In this document: piece by piece, positions 39,422 to 52,452 of the stretch | Numbering within the stretch: position 1 is the stretch's first letter | Layout: each line of letters starts with the position of its first letter | DNA from: Eledone cirrhosa | Lineage: Eukaryota | NCBI GenBank assembly: GCA_964016885.1 | Contig: OZ024740.1 | Location: forward strand, 266,414,001-266,478,000 | Length of the DNA stretch: 64,000 bases | Direction of reading: 5' to 3' | Notes under the pieces: model-generated | Seen by the model: only the letters and a program-made list of their open reading frames with translations | What the model was told of the DNA's origin: nothing | Databases searched by the model: none | Program-made: the position numbers and the translations under genes

Positions 39422-40340
39422 CAGGGTCGGATTTAGACCATGAGGGGCCCGGGGCACAACTGTTCTAACGCCACCCCCTTGCACAAAATCATAATACATA
39501 GTAAATCCACAAATTTACATAGTACCCCTCCTTATTGTAATTGGAATTGACAAGTTATAGATACAACTGTTAAATGCAAAAAACTTACTAGTAATATGTA
39601 AATGTAAATACATAAATGTAATATGGAAATAGAGATACATACATGCACTAATTCATAGTGTAACCTGTATTTTTGTAAGTAATCTAAAATGTTATTAATG
39701 TATTAAAAGTCCTGCGTCTGAGTTAGTCTCCTGGGGAACAAACAATTTCTTCTCAGACTCATGTTGGCCTTTCTGTTGTTGCTTTGTAGTTGGTGATGGC
39801 GCACAAGTTCTTGGCTTTCAGTTTTAACACTTAATACCTATCCCGAATGGATTTTAGAAACTTTTCTACAGAATCAGTTAGATCAATCATTTTATTCAGG
39901 TCAACTTCGAATCCTTGAAAATCTTTGTTTGTGCTGTTCAATTGTACCCTGGCTATCAGAGTAATTTCCACACAATCCACTTTGTATGCCAATGTCCGTA
40001 CTTCATATCTTGCTTCAAGTGTTTGTTCCAAGTCATTTTCAATATACTTCTAAAGACTTCATTAGATTTTACCATCTACATGTAGACGGAGAAAAAAAAA
40101 GGTTGAAGACAAAATAATTGACAGCTTTATTACAGAATGAGGCAGTAACCTTTTCAACTAAATTCAAAGAGTTAATAGCAAAAGACATGAAAACAGCTGC
40201 CTAGTTCTTATCCGTAAGTCAGGGATGCATTCCTGTGTAGTGACCAGACATATTGCTGTCATTCTTTACAACTTTGACCCATGTTTTCCTTCATATTTCA
40301 CTTCAAGTCTTTGACACTTATTTTTTTTATACAACTCGTT
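39422..40340 (-). mobile_element. Fossil hAT (Tip100/ZMYM-like) transposon fragment
   Basis: TIR-like cagggtcggatttag at 39422. The minus strand gives GQS...SNMSGHYTGM...AVFMSFAINSLNLV (cf. GQxYDNAxNMSG...CxAHSLNL) and ...LNSTNKDFQ...DL...FLKSIR. Confidence 0.65.
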
Positions 40341-42107
40341 CTCCTTTTGTATCATATGTCCATATCAGCGCAATCGCCACTCTTGCACCGTATATTTAGT
40401 GTAATATTGATTAAATGAACCCCAGTACTTAACTTGTACTTTATGTTCTCGACCCAGGTAGATGAATGATAAAGATGACTTCAACCAGATTTGAATCCAG
40501 AACATAACACGATATAAATAAATACGATCCACTAATAATTCTGTCACACCCCACCACCACTTTATAGATGTAAATAGTTATTTCTTAAATAGACAGAAGG
40601 TTTCAAATTCAGAATATTAGTAGATTTTATTATATCGGCTCAAGTACAGAATATTTTAACAACCCCGGAAGAATGAGATAGGTAAAGTTAATCTTGGTGA
40701 GATATATGAACTCACAAGGTAAATATTTATCAAATGTTAATCTCATAAGAATAAGTACACCGTGTACTTATGTATCGCAAAACTCGACTAAAAAGGTCAA
40801 CGGTACGAAGGTCATCCAGCTGTAAAACACTTTCATAAAAAGGACCCCATGGTAGGTATGTAGTCTATCGTGGGATTCATAAGGCTAACCCCGGCTTTAG
40901 CAAAGAAAATGACCTTAAAACGCTTATTGTTGGGTTGTTTCTGTTTTATCTCCAGAAATAAAGTTAACCCTTCTATTACGATATTTCTAATGCAAGACAC
41001 TGCCTATAATTTTCAAATACAATGGAACCTCGGTTCACGAACGCTTCTCATCGCGAACAAATCGGTTTACGAACAATCATTCCGAACATAAAACGTATCG
41101 GTTCATGAACGGTGTCTCGATCAATGAACACGCAAGCTGGCAACAACGGTTGGCAACAAGCTTGGAGTGTTGACGGGAAAGCGTCATTGCTGTGTAGTTA
41201 GTTACTATGGTGATACCTATCTGTTTTTCACTCACACACTCACTCTAACTCTATTTCTCTCTCAACATTTCGTATGGGAAAAATAGTTTCGGTTTAGGAA
41301 GATTTCGGATGACTCAAGAAATTGATGGGATTTTCTCATTATTAAATCGGTGTTTGGAGCATAACAAATGTTCTTACGTCATATTATGATGGATGGTTTT
41401 TAAACACTTTAAAATACTAGATAGTTCTGTATCATAGAATCGGGGGACGGTTTGGCATTAAAAATGTTAAAAGAAAAATTATGAACGTATTAGCAATAAC
41501 TCATTTCAAACATTTTGACATTTACACATGTGGTAATTTTTATGCTTTTATTCAAGGTTTTAAATAACGGCAATCCTGTGAGAATACAAGGTTCTAGTTA
41601 CACCTTTTATATTAAAGAAATGTTTCTTTATTAGACAGTCAGCTTTGAATTGTAGGGCGTGTCAAATTGGTTGATATCTATATATCTTTCAAGTAACAAT
41701 AGCAATGTAATTCATGTGAAATTGCTACACCTCGGTAACTAAATAATCAAGCTTTACAACACACCCATCTACCAGGAGTAATATAATAGGAAGGTTCAGA
41801 TGTTACTTACATTGTACGTGTGTGAAGGCGTGTGACTTTGTGGTTAGCATGTTCGGTTCATTATCGTAAGGCCATGTGATCGATTTCCGGCGGCATATTG
41901 TGTCATTGAGCAAAACATTATATTTCTCATTGCTCCAATCTGTTCAACTGGACAAAATGAGTTATATCTGTAACTCAAAGGATCACTCTTACTACACATT
42001 GTGTCAGGCGAATCTCCCTGAGAACTACATTAAGGATACACGTGTCTGTGGAATGCTCAGCTTACACGTTAATTTCATGAAAAGCCTGTCACCTTGATCG
42101 AACAACT

Positions 42108-42163
<56 letters not shown>

Positions 42164-42740
42164 TATATTAGAGGGTTAGAAATAAATGCCGGGAATTGTG
42201 TTTGCGACATGAGTTCAATTGCCAGGTTAGATTAGTGAATTCAATTAACTCTCTTCTCTGTTGACGATTAACACATCTCATTAGCAATGTCTTTTTGTCT
42301 ATGCAGTCTATCGACCTGTTAAAAGTGGCAGCCAAATTTCCCCTCAAATATCATTAAAGAAAGCTTCACTGGATAATGTAGTCTCTGGTATAGTACAAAC
42401 GGCAGGATAGTCACGATTAAAACGCCTTTTGATCATTTGTCCATTCGATCAGCGCGTAACTGCGGCAACACAACACCATTATCGCAATCACCGTTTATTA
42501 TTAACAGAGGTTGACTTTGCCTTTCATCCTTACAGGGTCGATAAAATAAAGTACCAGTAATGCACTGGGTTATTGCTGGCCTTGTGCCTAAAGTAGAAAC
42601 AATTATTAACAGTAGTTGTAGCCAGGTTTTCCTAAAAACATACAGAAACACACACACGTTTTTTACACACGTATTGATAGACATGCACTTAAAATTTCCG
42701 CGTTTTCAATGCAAATTCTTAGTGTGGTGACAACCTCTCA

Positions 42741-42810
<70 letters not shown>

Positions 42811-43064
42811 AACAACAACGTGACATTATACTGAAAGCCATGTTTTAATCTGTGTTACGTTGTTTATATGTTGATGGACATGCAGAAACACACACACAAA
42901 TACACACACATTCAAACAACTTTTAAACTCGTAGTCTTTTCGTTTGTTCCGTTACATTTTAGTTAAAGAGAGTGAGGTAGAATGAGTGAGTGGTTGAGTA
43001 TTATTTCCCTCTCTCCATATAGAGAGCGTGACGGACTGACGGACTCAGCTCTTATAGTATATAT

Positions 43065-43765
43065 TACTGTCATCAACACCATCATCAACACAAGTGCAAC
43101 CACATCACTACCGTCATCACTACCAGCACCATTGCCACCACCCTCATCAGCACCAACACCACGGCTACCACCACCATCAATACAATTGTCACCCCCACCA
43201 CCGCAATAACTACTGCCATCACCACACCACGACCGTCATCACCACCAATACCACTGCAATCACCACAGCACTACCGTCACCACCACCACCACCACCACCA
43301 TTACCATCAGCACACCACTACTGCCATCACCACCACCATCATCACCACCACACCCACCACCGCAACCATCATCACACGACCACTGCCACAACCACCACTA
43401 CACACACCACTACTACCACTGCCACAACAACAACCACACACACACCACTACTACCACTGCCACAACAACAACCACACACACCACTACTACCACTGCCACA
43501 ACCACCACCGCCACCACCACACCCACCACCACGACACTCACCACCACCACTACCACTGCCACCACCACCTCCACCATTGCTATTACCATGGAGATCACTG
43601 CCATAACCACCACCACCTCACCACCATGCCACCAAAACCCTTACCACCACTATTGTCCCCACAGTCACTACTATCAACACTACCATTGTCACCACAGCTA
43701 CTACTATCATCACCACCATTGTCACCATGTCACTGCAACAGCTACAGTCAAGTACCACCACCAAG
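43065..43765. repeat. CAC/CAT-rich low-complexity repeat
   Basis: Degenerate (CAC)n. The His/Pro/Thr ORFs here are artefacts. Confidence 0.85.
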
Positions 43766-45369
43766 ACATTAATCAGTCTACAGTCCCAGTAAACAAATAT
43801 TCTATTCACGTGATTCTAGAGGTGTCAATATATTTTGCTCTTGTGACAATAATTAGTGTTCACATTCATTTCCTCTAAACAAAATGACTCATTTTATCTC
43901 ACACAAAGCCATATTTTCAAACAGTCACATATTCGTAGCTTTCATTGGCTAGTTTTTAATACTTATAAATTGACCATTTATTTACTTTTTATGTCATTGT
44001 GGTAGAGATGACAATGTTGGAAGAAAACCGGATATCATTTTCTAACCCTTTCATTACCATATTTCTATTGACAGACATTGCCTTTCCCTTTGAACTATTC
44101 TTTTAAATAATCACAAAATCTGATGGCGTTTAAGTTATGGAGCTAACTTTTTCATTGATTTGGCATTTGGAAGATAAATTAACAAAGGCTCTTTCATAAA
44201 AATAGGATGGCAAATTTTTAGATAAAATATAAACACTTTAAAACAAGTAACTTTGTGTTATAGAATCAGAGACGGTTTTAGGTTAGTTGGAAGCAAAAAG
44301 ATTAATGGTGTCTGGTTTCTGATTTAAACCTATATTAGGAACAATTAAGCTTCTACGCCAGCCAATGGGGAGACTCTATACAGTCGTACCCACTCGTCCT
44401 AAACACAGGGCCGGATCAAGACCTTTACAGGCCCTATGAGCTAAAGAAATAATGGTGCCCCCATATACAGTACGTTGAACAGGCTCTCCCATACAGTATG
44501 GGAAAACGGGGAAGAGACCACGACTCATAGGTTCCTCCAGCATGAAGTAATGTATTAGAATACTGTGTTAATCTTAATACGCCTAATTTGCTCCAAATTC
44601 TTACATCAGAGAAGTTCACTGTAGAACCAATTGCTGGTTTAAAACCGAGCGACGGATTAAGTCTACCATCCTGTCTATTCCGGTTTGCCCAGTTTCACTC
44701 ACAAGGCTTGGATCAACTTGAAACTAGAATAGAGAACATTTGTTTAAGATGCTACGCAGTGGAAACCAACTCGGAAATATCGGATTGCAAAGAAAAACTC
44801 TGAATTATAGGACCATGCTGGAAACTATAGATGATGAGGATGATGGTTATGATGATGATGAAGGTGATGATGTTGATGGTGATGATGACGATGATGATGA
44901 TGATCATCATCATCATCATCATGACGATAGATCCTCCACTGATTTTGACGCTGACGTTCAGTTGTTCCATCAATTGAACGACCGACTCGTAAATTAACGA
45001 ATAAGTGGCTGAGTATTCCACAGGTAGGTGTACTCTTAACGTAATTCCCACACGTGATACATGTGCTAAGGCTTGATCTTTGAATTACAAGTGCAGCCCA
45101 TCCAATTGGTGTCCACGCATTTTCCACCTACCCATTTTCACTTACAAGGCGTACGTCGATCCGAGGCTATTGTAAAGACACTTGTCTAAGATTCCACGCA
45201 ATAGGATAAAACTCTGTACCTTATGATTGTGAAATGAGCTTCTTAACCACTCAGCTATGCTTCTGTCGATTGTAACTGAATAACTAATCGCTATGCAAGG
45301 GGACATAAACAGTTGACATAGACACTTATACACTAACACCCATATATATATATATATATATCATCATAA

Positions 45370-46375
<1,006 letters not shown>

Positions 46376-46489
46376 CACATATATATATATATATGTGTGT
46401 GGTGGTCATTTTAACGGCTTGATTCATTCACCGGGCAGATAGCGATACATCCACATCTACTTGGATTTATATCTAGTGGGTTTGGAAAA

Positions 46490-46569
46490 GCTATCTGAAG
46501 AGCTATATCTTTCCATTGGAAATTCTCTGAATATCCAATCTTTTGATTAGCGAAACCGTCGGTCATGGC
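46490..46569 (+). ncRNA. Type I hammerhead ribozyme (GUC site, cleavage after 46564)
   Basis: gcuau-CUGAAGA-gcuauauc...gauuagc-GAAA-ccgucgg-U-C-auggc. Confidence 0.85.
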
Positions 46570-46953
46570 ACTAGAAGAGGTAAATATTTAAATCGTATTT
46601 CAATTTATTTAAAAGATTGTTTAATGTTTACTTGTTCCGCTCATATTTACAGTTCTGGTATCTCAAATTAGTACCATGGAATAACCACTATTATAGACAC
46701 CATATATATTTCCGTGGGTACTCAGTACCTACTGGAATATCTATATCATTTATCTGAATTCTCCTTAATGTTGAGAAAAGAATGTTGTATCATGCTGCTA
46801 TTTCTAGTAACATGAAATATCAACTAGTCTATTATTCCCTCTTTTTCTAACGGCCCATTTGTGTGGTGGTCATTTTAACGGCTTGATTCATTCACCGGGC
46901 AGAAAGCGATACATCCACATCTACGTGGATTTATATCTAGTAGGTTTGGAAAA

Positions 46954-47033
46954 GCTATCTGAAGAGCTGTATCTTTCCATTGGAAATTCTCTGAATATAC
47001 AATCTTTTAATTAGCGAAACCGTCGGTTATGGC
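46954..47033 (+). ncRNA. Type I hammerhead ribozyme (GUU site, cleavage after 47028)
   Basis: Second copy: gcuau-CUGAAGA-gcug...uagc-GAAA-ccgucgg-U-U-auggc. Confidence 0.8.
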
Positions 47034-47103
47034 ACTAGAAGAGGTAAATATTTAAATCGTATTTTAATTTATTTAAAAGATTGATTAATGTTTACTTGTT
47101 CCG

Positions 47104-47178
<75 letters not shown>

Positions 47179-47257
47179 TCCACTAAACTGTTGAGTGCTT
47201 TATATCAGTTATAACATTTTTAAGCTTGTTGAATCCCAACAAATTAAATACAACCTC

Positions 47258-47317
<60 letters not shown>

Positions 47318-47321
47318 AAAT

Positions 47322-47371
<50 letters not shown>

Positions 47372-47893
47372 GTGCAAAGTAAACAATTTACCACATTCTG
47401 AGAAATGGTATGAGCATAGGCCAGAGGCGGTGGTGGAGAACAATCAGGTGAAGGTGCTGTGGGATTTTAGGATACAGACGGACAAAAAACTGGAACACAA
47501 TAGACCTGACCTGGTGGTTGTGGACAAAGAAAAAAGATCGTGCCTGATTGTGGATGTGGCCTGCCCGTTCGACACGAGAGTGCAAGAGAAGGAGAGGGAG
47601 AAAATTAACCGATACCAGGACCTAAAGTGGGAGGTGAAAAGGATTTGGAACTGCCATGAAGTCAAAGTGATCCCGATTGTCATAGGCGCACTGGGGACTA
47701 TCTCCAAAAGTTTCCAGGGATGGTTAAAGAAAATCGGCCCCTTCACGCTTTTTGGAACGCTTCAAAAGGCATGCTTGCTTGGAACAGCAAGAACCCTCCG
47801 ATACGTCCTGAATATCTGAGGCTGCAGGTAGTGGCTTGATATTCAATCCAACGGACTTTCCAGTTAACCAACATCAATGACTGAGATTCAAGG
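47372..47893 (+). mobile_element. R4/Dong-like element copy A (5'-truncated, RLE domain + 3'UTR)
   Basis: RPDLVVVDKEKRSCLIVDVACP. Lies between (TAA)n tracts and is near-identical to the 3' end of copy C. Confidence 0.92.
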
Positions 47894-47902
47894 AATAACA
47901 AC

Positions 47903-47934
<32 letters not shown>

Positions 47935-48182
47935 TTTCTTTATTAACCACAAGGGTTTACATAAAGTAGACATTAAGGACAGTGCAGGACAATGCAGGAC
48001 GGTACAAATGGGCATTTCTGCGTGTAAAAAACAAAAACAGAGGATGTAACAAAAAATAACAATGAAAAATTCCCCAATAGGGGGGAGACTTCGGAGGGAC
48101 ATTTGTGGAGAAAGCCCAGTAAAAAGCCACAATGACCCTGACCACCAAGGCAAGTGCCCTCTCCCAGTTTTCCACCTTTAAT

Positions 48183-50402
48183 TTACAGATATATACTCAG
48201 AGTAGGCCCATTCACTCGGGCCATTCTTGCTTCTCTCACCCATCTTTCAACAAAATGCTGGGAAGAGAGCACTTCCCTCTCTACTCTGATTTTCCTTTTC
48301 AAATGAAATTTGAAAAAGTCAATCAGAGCATCACCGAAGAGGTAAGTGCTCGTCTTCAGCCCTTTCAAACGTGTCCACCATACTATCTCTTTCGCCATAG
48401 CCACCAGACAGATAAAAACTGCCTGCCCTTCCCGGCTAAAGGAGGAGGGCGGGGCAATCCTCACGATGGACTCAGATGATAGCCGGATCCGTCCTAAACG
48501 CGACAGCAGGTGTTCGACATAAACCCACAAGTCAGCAATTTTCGGACACTGGACGAGTGCGTGCAGGACGGTTTCGTCGCCCTGCGCGCATCTCGGACAT
48601 GCCCGGCTGACGGCACCTCCATGCCTGTAGAGTTTATCCCGAACTGGCAAGGCTCCTCGGTAGCACTGCCAGGCCAGAGATTTCTGGAAGTTGTCCATAG
48701 GCCCTGGCCCGAAAGTTCTTCCGAAGAGATTGGCTAGTTGATTTTCGTCGACGCCTAGAGTTTCCCCAAGTACGTCATCGCTCTTCCCCTCCACTAATCC
48801 TCTATAGAACGCCGAGGTGGAGTTTCCACCGATCACATTGCCCGATTGGTCGAGGGCTGTGAGCGCCTGAAGACATTCCAGTCTCCAGGCGCTCCCTCTC
48901 GGTCTTCGCTTGACCCAGGACTGCAGCTCCGTCAAGGAAACGAGCTGGGGAAATACGTGTCTAGCAAACGGCGACCACACCTGATTACCGTCGAGGAAGA
49001 GGTGGAGATGTCGTAGCCTGAGCGCGTGTCTGCGCATCATCAGCCACGTCATGCCCAGCCCTCCACGTAGCGGGTGTTGACAACAGATGGACCGCCTGAC
49101 TATCGGAGCGCGTCCATTCCACAAAAAGCGAAAGAGCAAACGCTCCAGCGCAGTCAGGCGGGGCTTAGGACAAGGTACGACGGTCAGGCGGTAGCAGATG
49201 ACAGACGCGATGTACGCATTAACCACCTCTGCTCGACCTTTCAGGGATAGCTTCCTCTCGGCCCATTTCTGGGTGAGAGAAGCCACCCTGCTCGTCACCT
49301 CGTCCCAGTTTTTGTCCGTCTGGAGGTCCGGACCGAACCAGACCCCTAGCAATTTAACCGGTCCGTCCGTCCAGCGTCCGACGACGCTGTTAGACGGCAT
49401 GGACCTGCCTCTCCAGGTGCCGAGCTGCAGGCCCACTGACTTTTCCTGGTTGATCATTGCTCCTGTCACCGCTTCGTATTCTCTTAGTGTAGTGCCGATC
49501 GCCTCGATGTATTTGGCGTTCGACACCACTACGGTGACATCGTCCGCATATGCTAGCACGGATCTTCCGCATCCTAGTTCGCGCAGGACGCCCCTTAACG
49601 TCTCCAGTTTGTTAAGTAATGGCTCGAGAGTCAATACGTACAAGAGAGACGAGAGGGGACATCCTTGGCGGACCGAGCGCATGATGTTGAATGGTTCCGA
49701 AAGGTGACCGTTCACTCTCACCACAGAGCAGATGTCGCTGTGCATGGCAGCGATCCATCCTCTGAAGAGGGGCCCAAAGCCAGCCGCCCTCAGGACTGCC
49801 GCTAGGTAACGATGGTCGACCCTATCGAAAGCTTTCGACTGATCTAAATTGATCAAGGACCCATCCGTGCCAGGTTCCCTAGCTACCCTCTCTACGATGT
49901 ATCGCATGAGGTGGAGGTTGTCGTGGATAGATCTGTCGGGAATGGCGCATGTCTGCGCCTCTCCCACCAGACCACCAACGACAAGCGCCAACCTCTTTGC
50001 TAGCACCTTGGCCAAAATCTTGAACTCTGTGTTTAGCAGAGTTATGGGCCTGAAATTATCTATGTTATCCCCCTTGTTCGGATCCTTTATCAGCAGCGCC
50101 ACCGCTCCTCGGCTCACAGAACTGGGAATTCTCCCGTTCTGTTGCCAGTTGCAGTAGACGTCCGCCAAGAGGCCTCCGAACAAGTCTTGCATCTGTACGT
50201 AAAGTTAATAGGGCAGATCATCCAAACCAGGCGATTTACCCCTTGTGCAGCCAGTCATTGCCTCCCGTACTTCAGCGGCTGTTATCGGCTTTTCGCAACA
50301 CTCCGCCTCAGTGGCCGAGAGCCGCGGCAGTCCGTCGAGGTAGACACTAAAGTCCATCCCTCGACCCGGCCCACCGCTGCCCCCGAACAGCTGAGTGAAG
50401 TG
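48183..50402 (-). pseudogene. Tx1-like ORF2 remnant: RT + C-terminal Cys motif
   Basis: FRPITLLN, LDQSKAFDRV, VRQGCPLS, YADD, CPRC...ETVLHALVQC. The frame extends upstream through one TAA to GKSPGLDDLP and HFTQLF (~50402). Confidence 0.9.
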
Positions 50403-50461
50403 TCTTGTTGTGTGTATTTATTGCCGTGCATTTGTTTTTCTGGGAGTGGGGTGTGGTTCTG

Positions 50462-52213
50462 CTATTTTCTTGTCGTTGTTGCTGGGTGTGTGTGTTTTGT
50501 TGTTGTGTTTGCGATGTTGGTGCTTGTGGTGGTAGTGTTGAAGGTGTTGTTGTTGTTGGCGGTGGGATTGTCGCCGGTGGTGATGGTGGTGCTAGTGTGG
50601 GTGGTGATGGTGTTGGTGGTGTTGCTGCTGTGAGTCTCTTTGCAGTAGCCTTTACCCTTTTTTCCATTTCTTTCCTCCCTTTTCGAAGGTGACGATGCAC
50701 TGCTTCTGCGTTTGTGCCTTCTTACGACCTTTTGCCATCCCTCTCCCACCTCACACTCCATGTCTGATTCTGTGAGGTCGGGGAGGGGTACCAGCTCCAC
50801 TCTTTCACTTGTTGTTGTTGGTGATGTTTGCACTGGAGTCTCTGTTGCAGCTGCATTTGGTATTGCTGTTGTTGTTGTTAATACTTCCACTGCTGCTGGT
50901 GTTTTTGATTTCCGTGGCGTGGGTATGGGTGCCACGGACCTATCGATCCTGGTTGCCGCTTGTCCTGTTGCTGGTAGCCGTGGAGCCGGGTTCGGAAGGA
51001 GGGGGGTTTTCTCCTTTCTCAGGGTCTTCTCGTTGCAGAAGGCCCTGGGGTGAGTCTTCGATCCACAGCGAAAGCATTTCGGGCGTTTGCTCTCAACACT
51101 TATGGGCAGTTGAGTGCCGTTATCGAAGTCTATCACATCCGGGATAGCTTCGATGCACTCCTGATTGGTTTGGATTAACATCTCAATGGAGGTGCCGACC
51201 CAATCTTCTCTTACTTTTTTCTGTACTTGCAGTACAGTTGTTTTGTCCTCGATTCCGACGAGGACAGACGCGGCCAGCCAAGAAGGGGCCATCCCGGGGG
51301 GGGGGGGGGCGTGTGTCAGTTTGACCGTCACAATTTTTTGCCCGCAGTAGGAGGACACCAACACCATTTCCTCGCTCCTTAGGGTCACTAAGGATTGAGC
51401 CTTTGCCTCCTGGGGTGTGGAAAAAAACACGTCTACGGTGGCATATTTCTTGCCTCGGGTGATGTGCGTTTTCCGCTGCCACACAGACCCTAAGGCTTTT
51501 TTTATTTGAGCCTCTGTGGCTCTTTCAACCCTACGGGATTTTGTGCTTACTGTACGGTACGTGACCGTACAGTGCTGTTGGGTTTCGAAAAGTTTTTCGG
51601 CTGCCTTGCAGATTGCTCGGTGTCCGGTTTTTGTCACCATCTTCTTCGTTTCCTCTAATTCCTCATTTGTTATGAGGATGTTTTCCAGGTTCTTTGCGAT
51701 ACCTGCAAATGAGATTGGTTTTTCTTTGCTGCTGTTGTTGTTGTTGTCGTCAGAGCTGCTGTTACTTTTGTTGTTGCTGCAGGTACTACGACTACTGCCG
51801 TCGCCGCTGTTGCTGTGGTTGTTGTTGTTGCTGCTGCTGCTAATGCTGTTGTTGTTTATGATCCTGCTGATTCTATTGCGGCTGCTACTGTTGTTTTCCT
51901 TGTCACTGTTGCTGCTGCTGCTGCTGTTATTACGGCTGCTACTGCTATTATTCCTGACGTCAGACGAAGGAAATGGGTTTTCGTATTTCCCACACACCTT
52001 TTTCGTCGTTGTCGTCGTCGTCGTGGAGAAATCTTGCACGCTTTGCACGTGATTTTTCTTTTCTGGCGTCGCTTGCGAAAGAGAAGGGAGGGAGAGAGAC
52101 ACATTTAGAGAAGGGAGGGAGAGAGACAATCTTTTCTCTGCTGTAGTGACGATTGAGGAAGAAGAAGACGGAATGAGTGGGAGTGACCTATGAAAATTCT
52201 TTTTCGTAGCCAT
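50462..52213 (-). CDS. Tx1-like ORF1 (gag-like, CCHC knuckle, S/N/T low-complexity)
   Basis: 583-aa ORF with SFAGIAK, CFRCGSKTHPRAFC and GWQKVVRRHKRR motifs typical of Tx1/L1 ORF1. Confidence 0.82.
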   Translation of the reverse strand: MATKKNFHRSLPLIPSSSSSIVTTAEKRLSLSLPSLNVSLSLPSLSQATPEKKNHVQSVQDFSTTTTTTTKKVCGKYENPFPSSDVRNNSSSSRNNSSSSSNSDKENNSSSRNRISRIINNNSISSSSNNNNHSNSGDGSSRSTCSNNKSNSSSDDNNNNSSKEKPISFAGIAKNLENILITNEELEETKKMVTKTGHRAICKAAEKLFETQQHCTVTYRTVSTKSRRVERATEAQIKKALGSVWQRKTHITRGKKYATVDVFFSTPQEAKAQSLVTLRSEEMVLVSSYCGQKIVTVKLTHAPPPPGMAPSWLAASVLVGIEDKTTVLQVQKKVREDWVGTSIEMLIQTNQECIEAIPDVIDFDNGTQLPISVESKRPKCFRCGSKTHPRAFCNEKTLRKEKTPLLPNPAPRLPATGQAATRIDRSVAPIPTPRKSKTPAAVEVLTTTTAIPNAAATETPVQTSPTTTSERVELVPLPDLTESDMECEVGEGWQKVVRRHKRRSSASSPSKREERNGKKGKGYCKETHSSNTTNTITTHTSTTITTGDNPTANNNNTFNTTTTSTNIANTTTKHTHPATTTRK

Positions 52214-52452
52214 GTTTTTTTTTTGTTTAAAATAAATATTGGGCTCAAAACCCCAATAAGCGGTTATTTAACCCCGAAGGGCCAAATAACGGGCAGAAAG
52301 ACCCCTCTCACGAGGAGGAGGGTGTTTTTGTCTACAATTTGGTTAAAGTTTTAAACAATTTACAATTGTTATAGCGGTCAAAATTTACAATACCTTACAG
52401 AGCCGAGCCTCCGTCAACCATAGCATTCAATAATAATAATAATAATAATAAT

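Larger units (their letters stand above)
46397..47110 (+). mobile_element. Retrozyme-like non-coding element: two 250-bp direct repeats (46397-46646, 46861-47110), each with a hammerhead, flanked by (TA/TG)n
   Basis: Exact 464-bp offset between near-identical repeats. No ORF in the track. Confidence 0.8.
47933..52428 (-). mobile_element. Tx1-like (L1-group) non-LTR retrotransposon lacking the APE domain, inserted in (TAA)n
   Basis: Two-ORF layout. The 3' end aataaagaaatc is followed by (ATT)n on the sense strand, and the 5' end also abuts (ATT)n. Confidence 0.85.

Noticed and set aside
42982-43878. His/Pro/Thr-rich ORFs
   Set aside because: (CAC)n low-complexity DNA that is open in several frames, with no domain or splice evidence.
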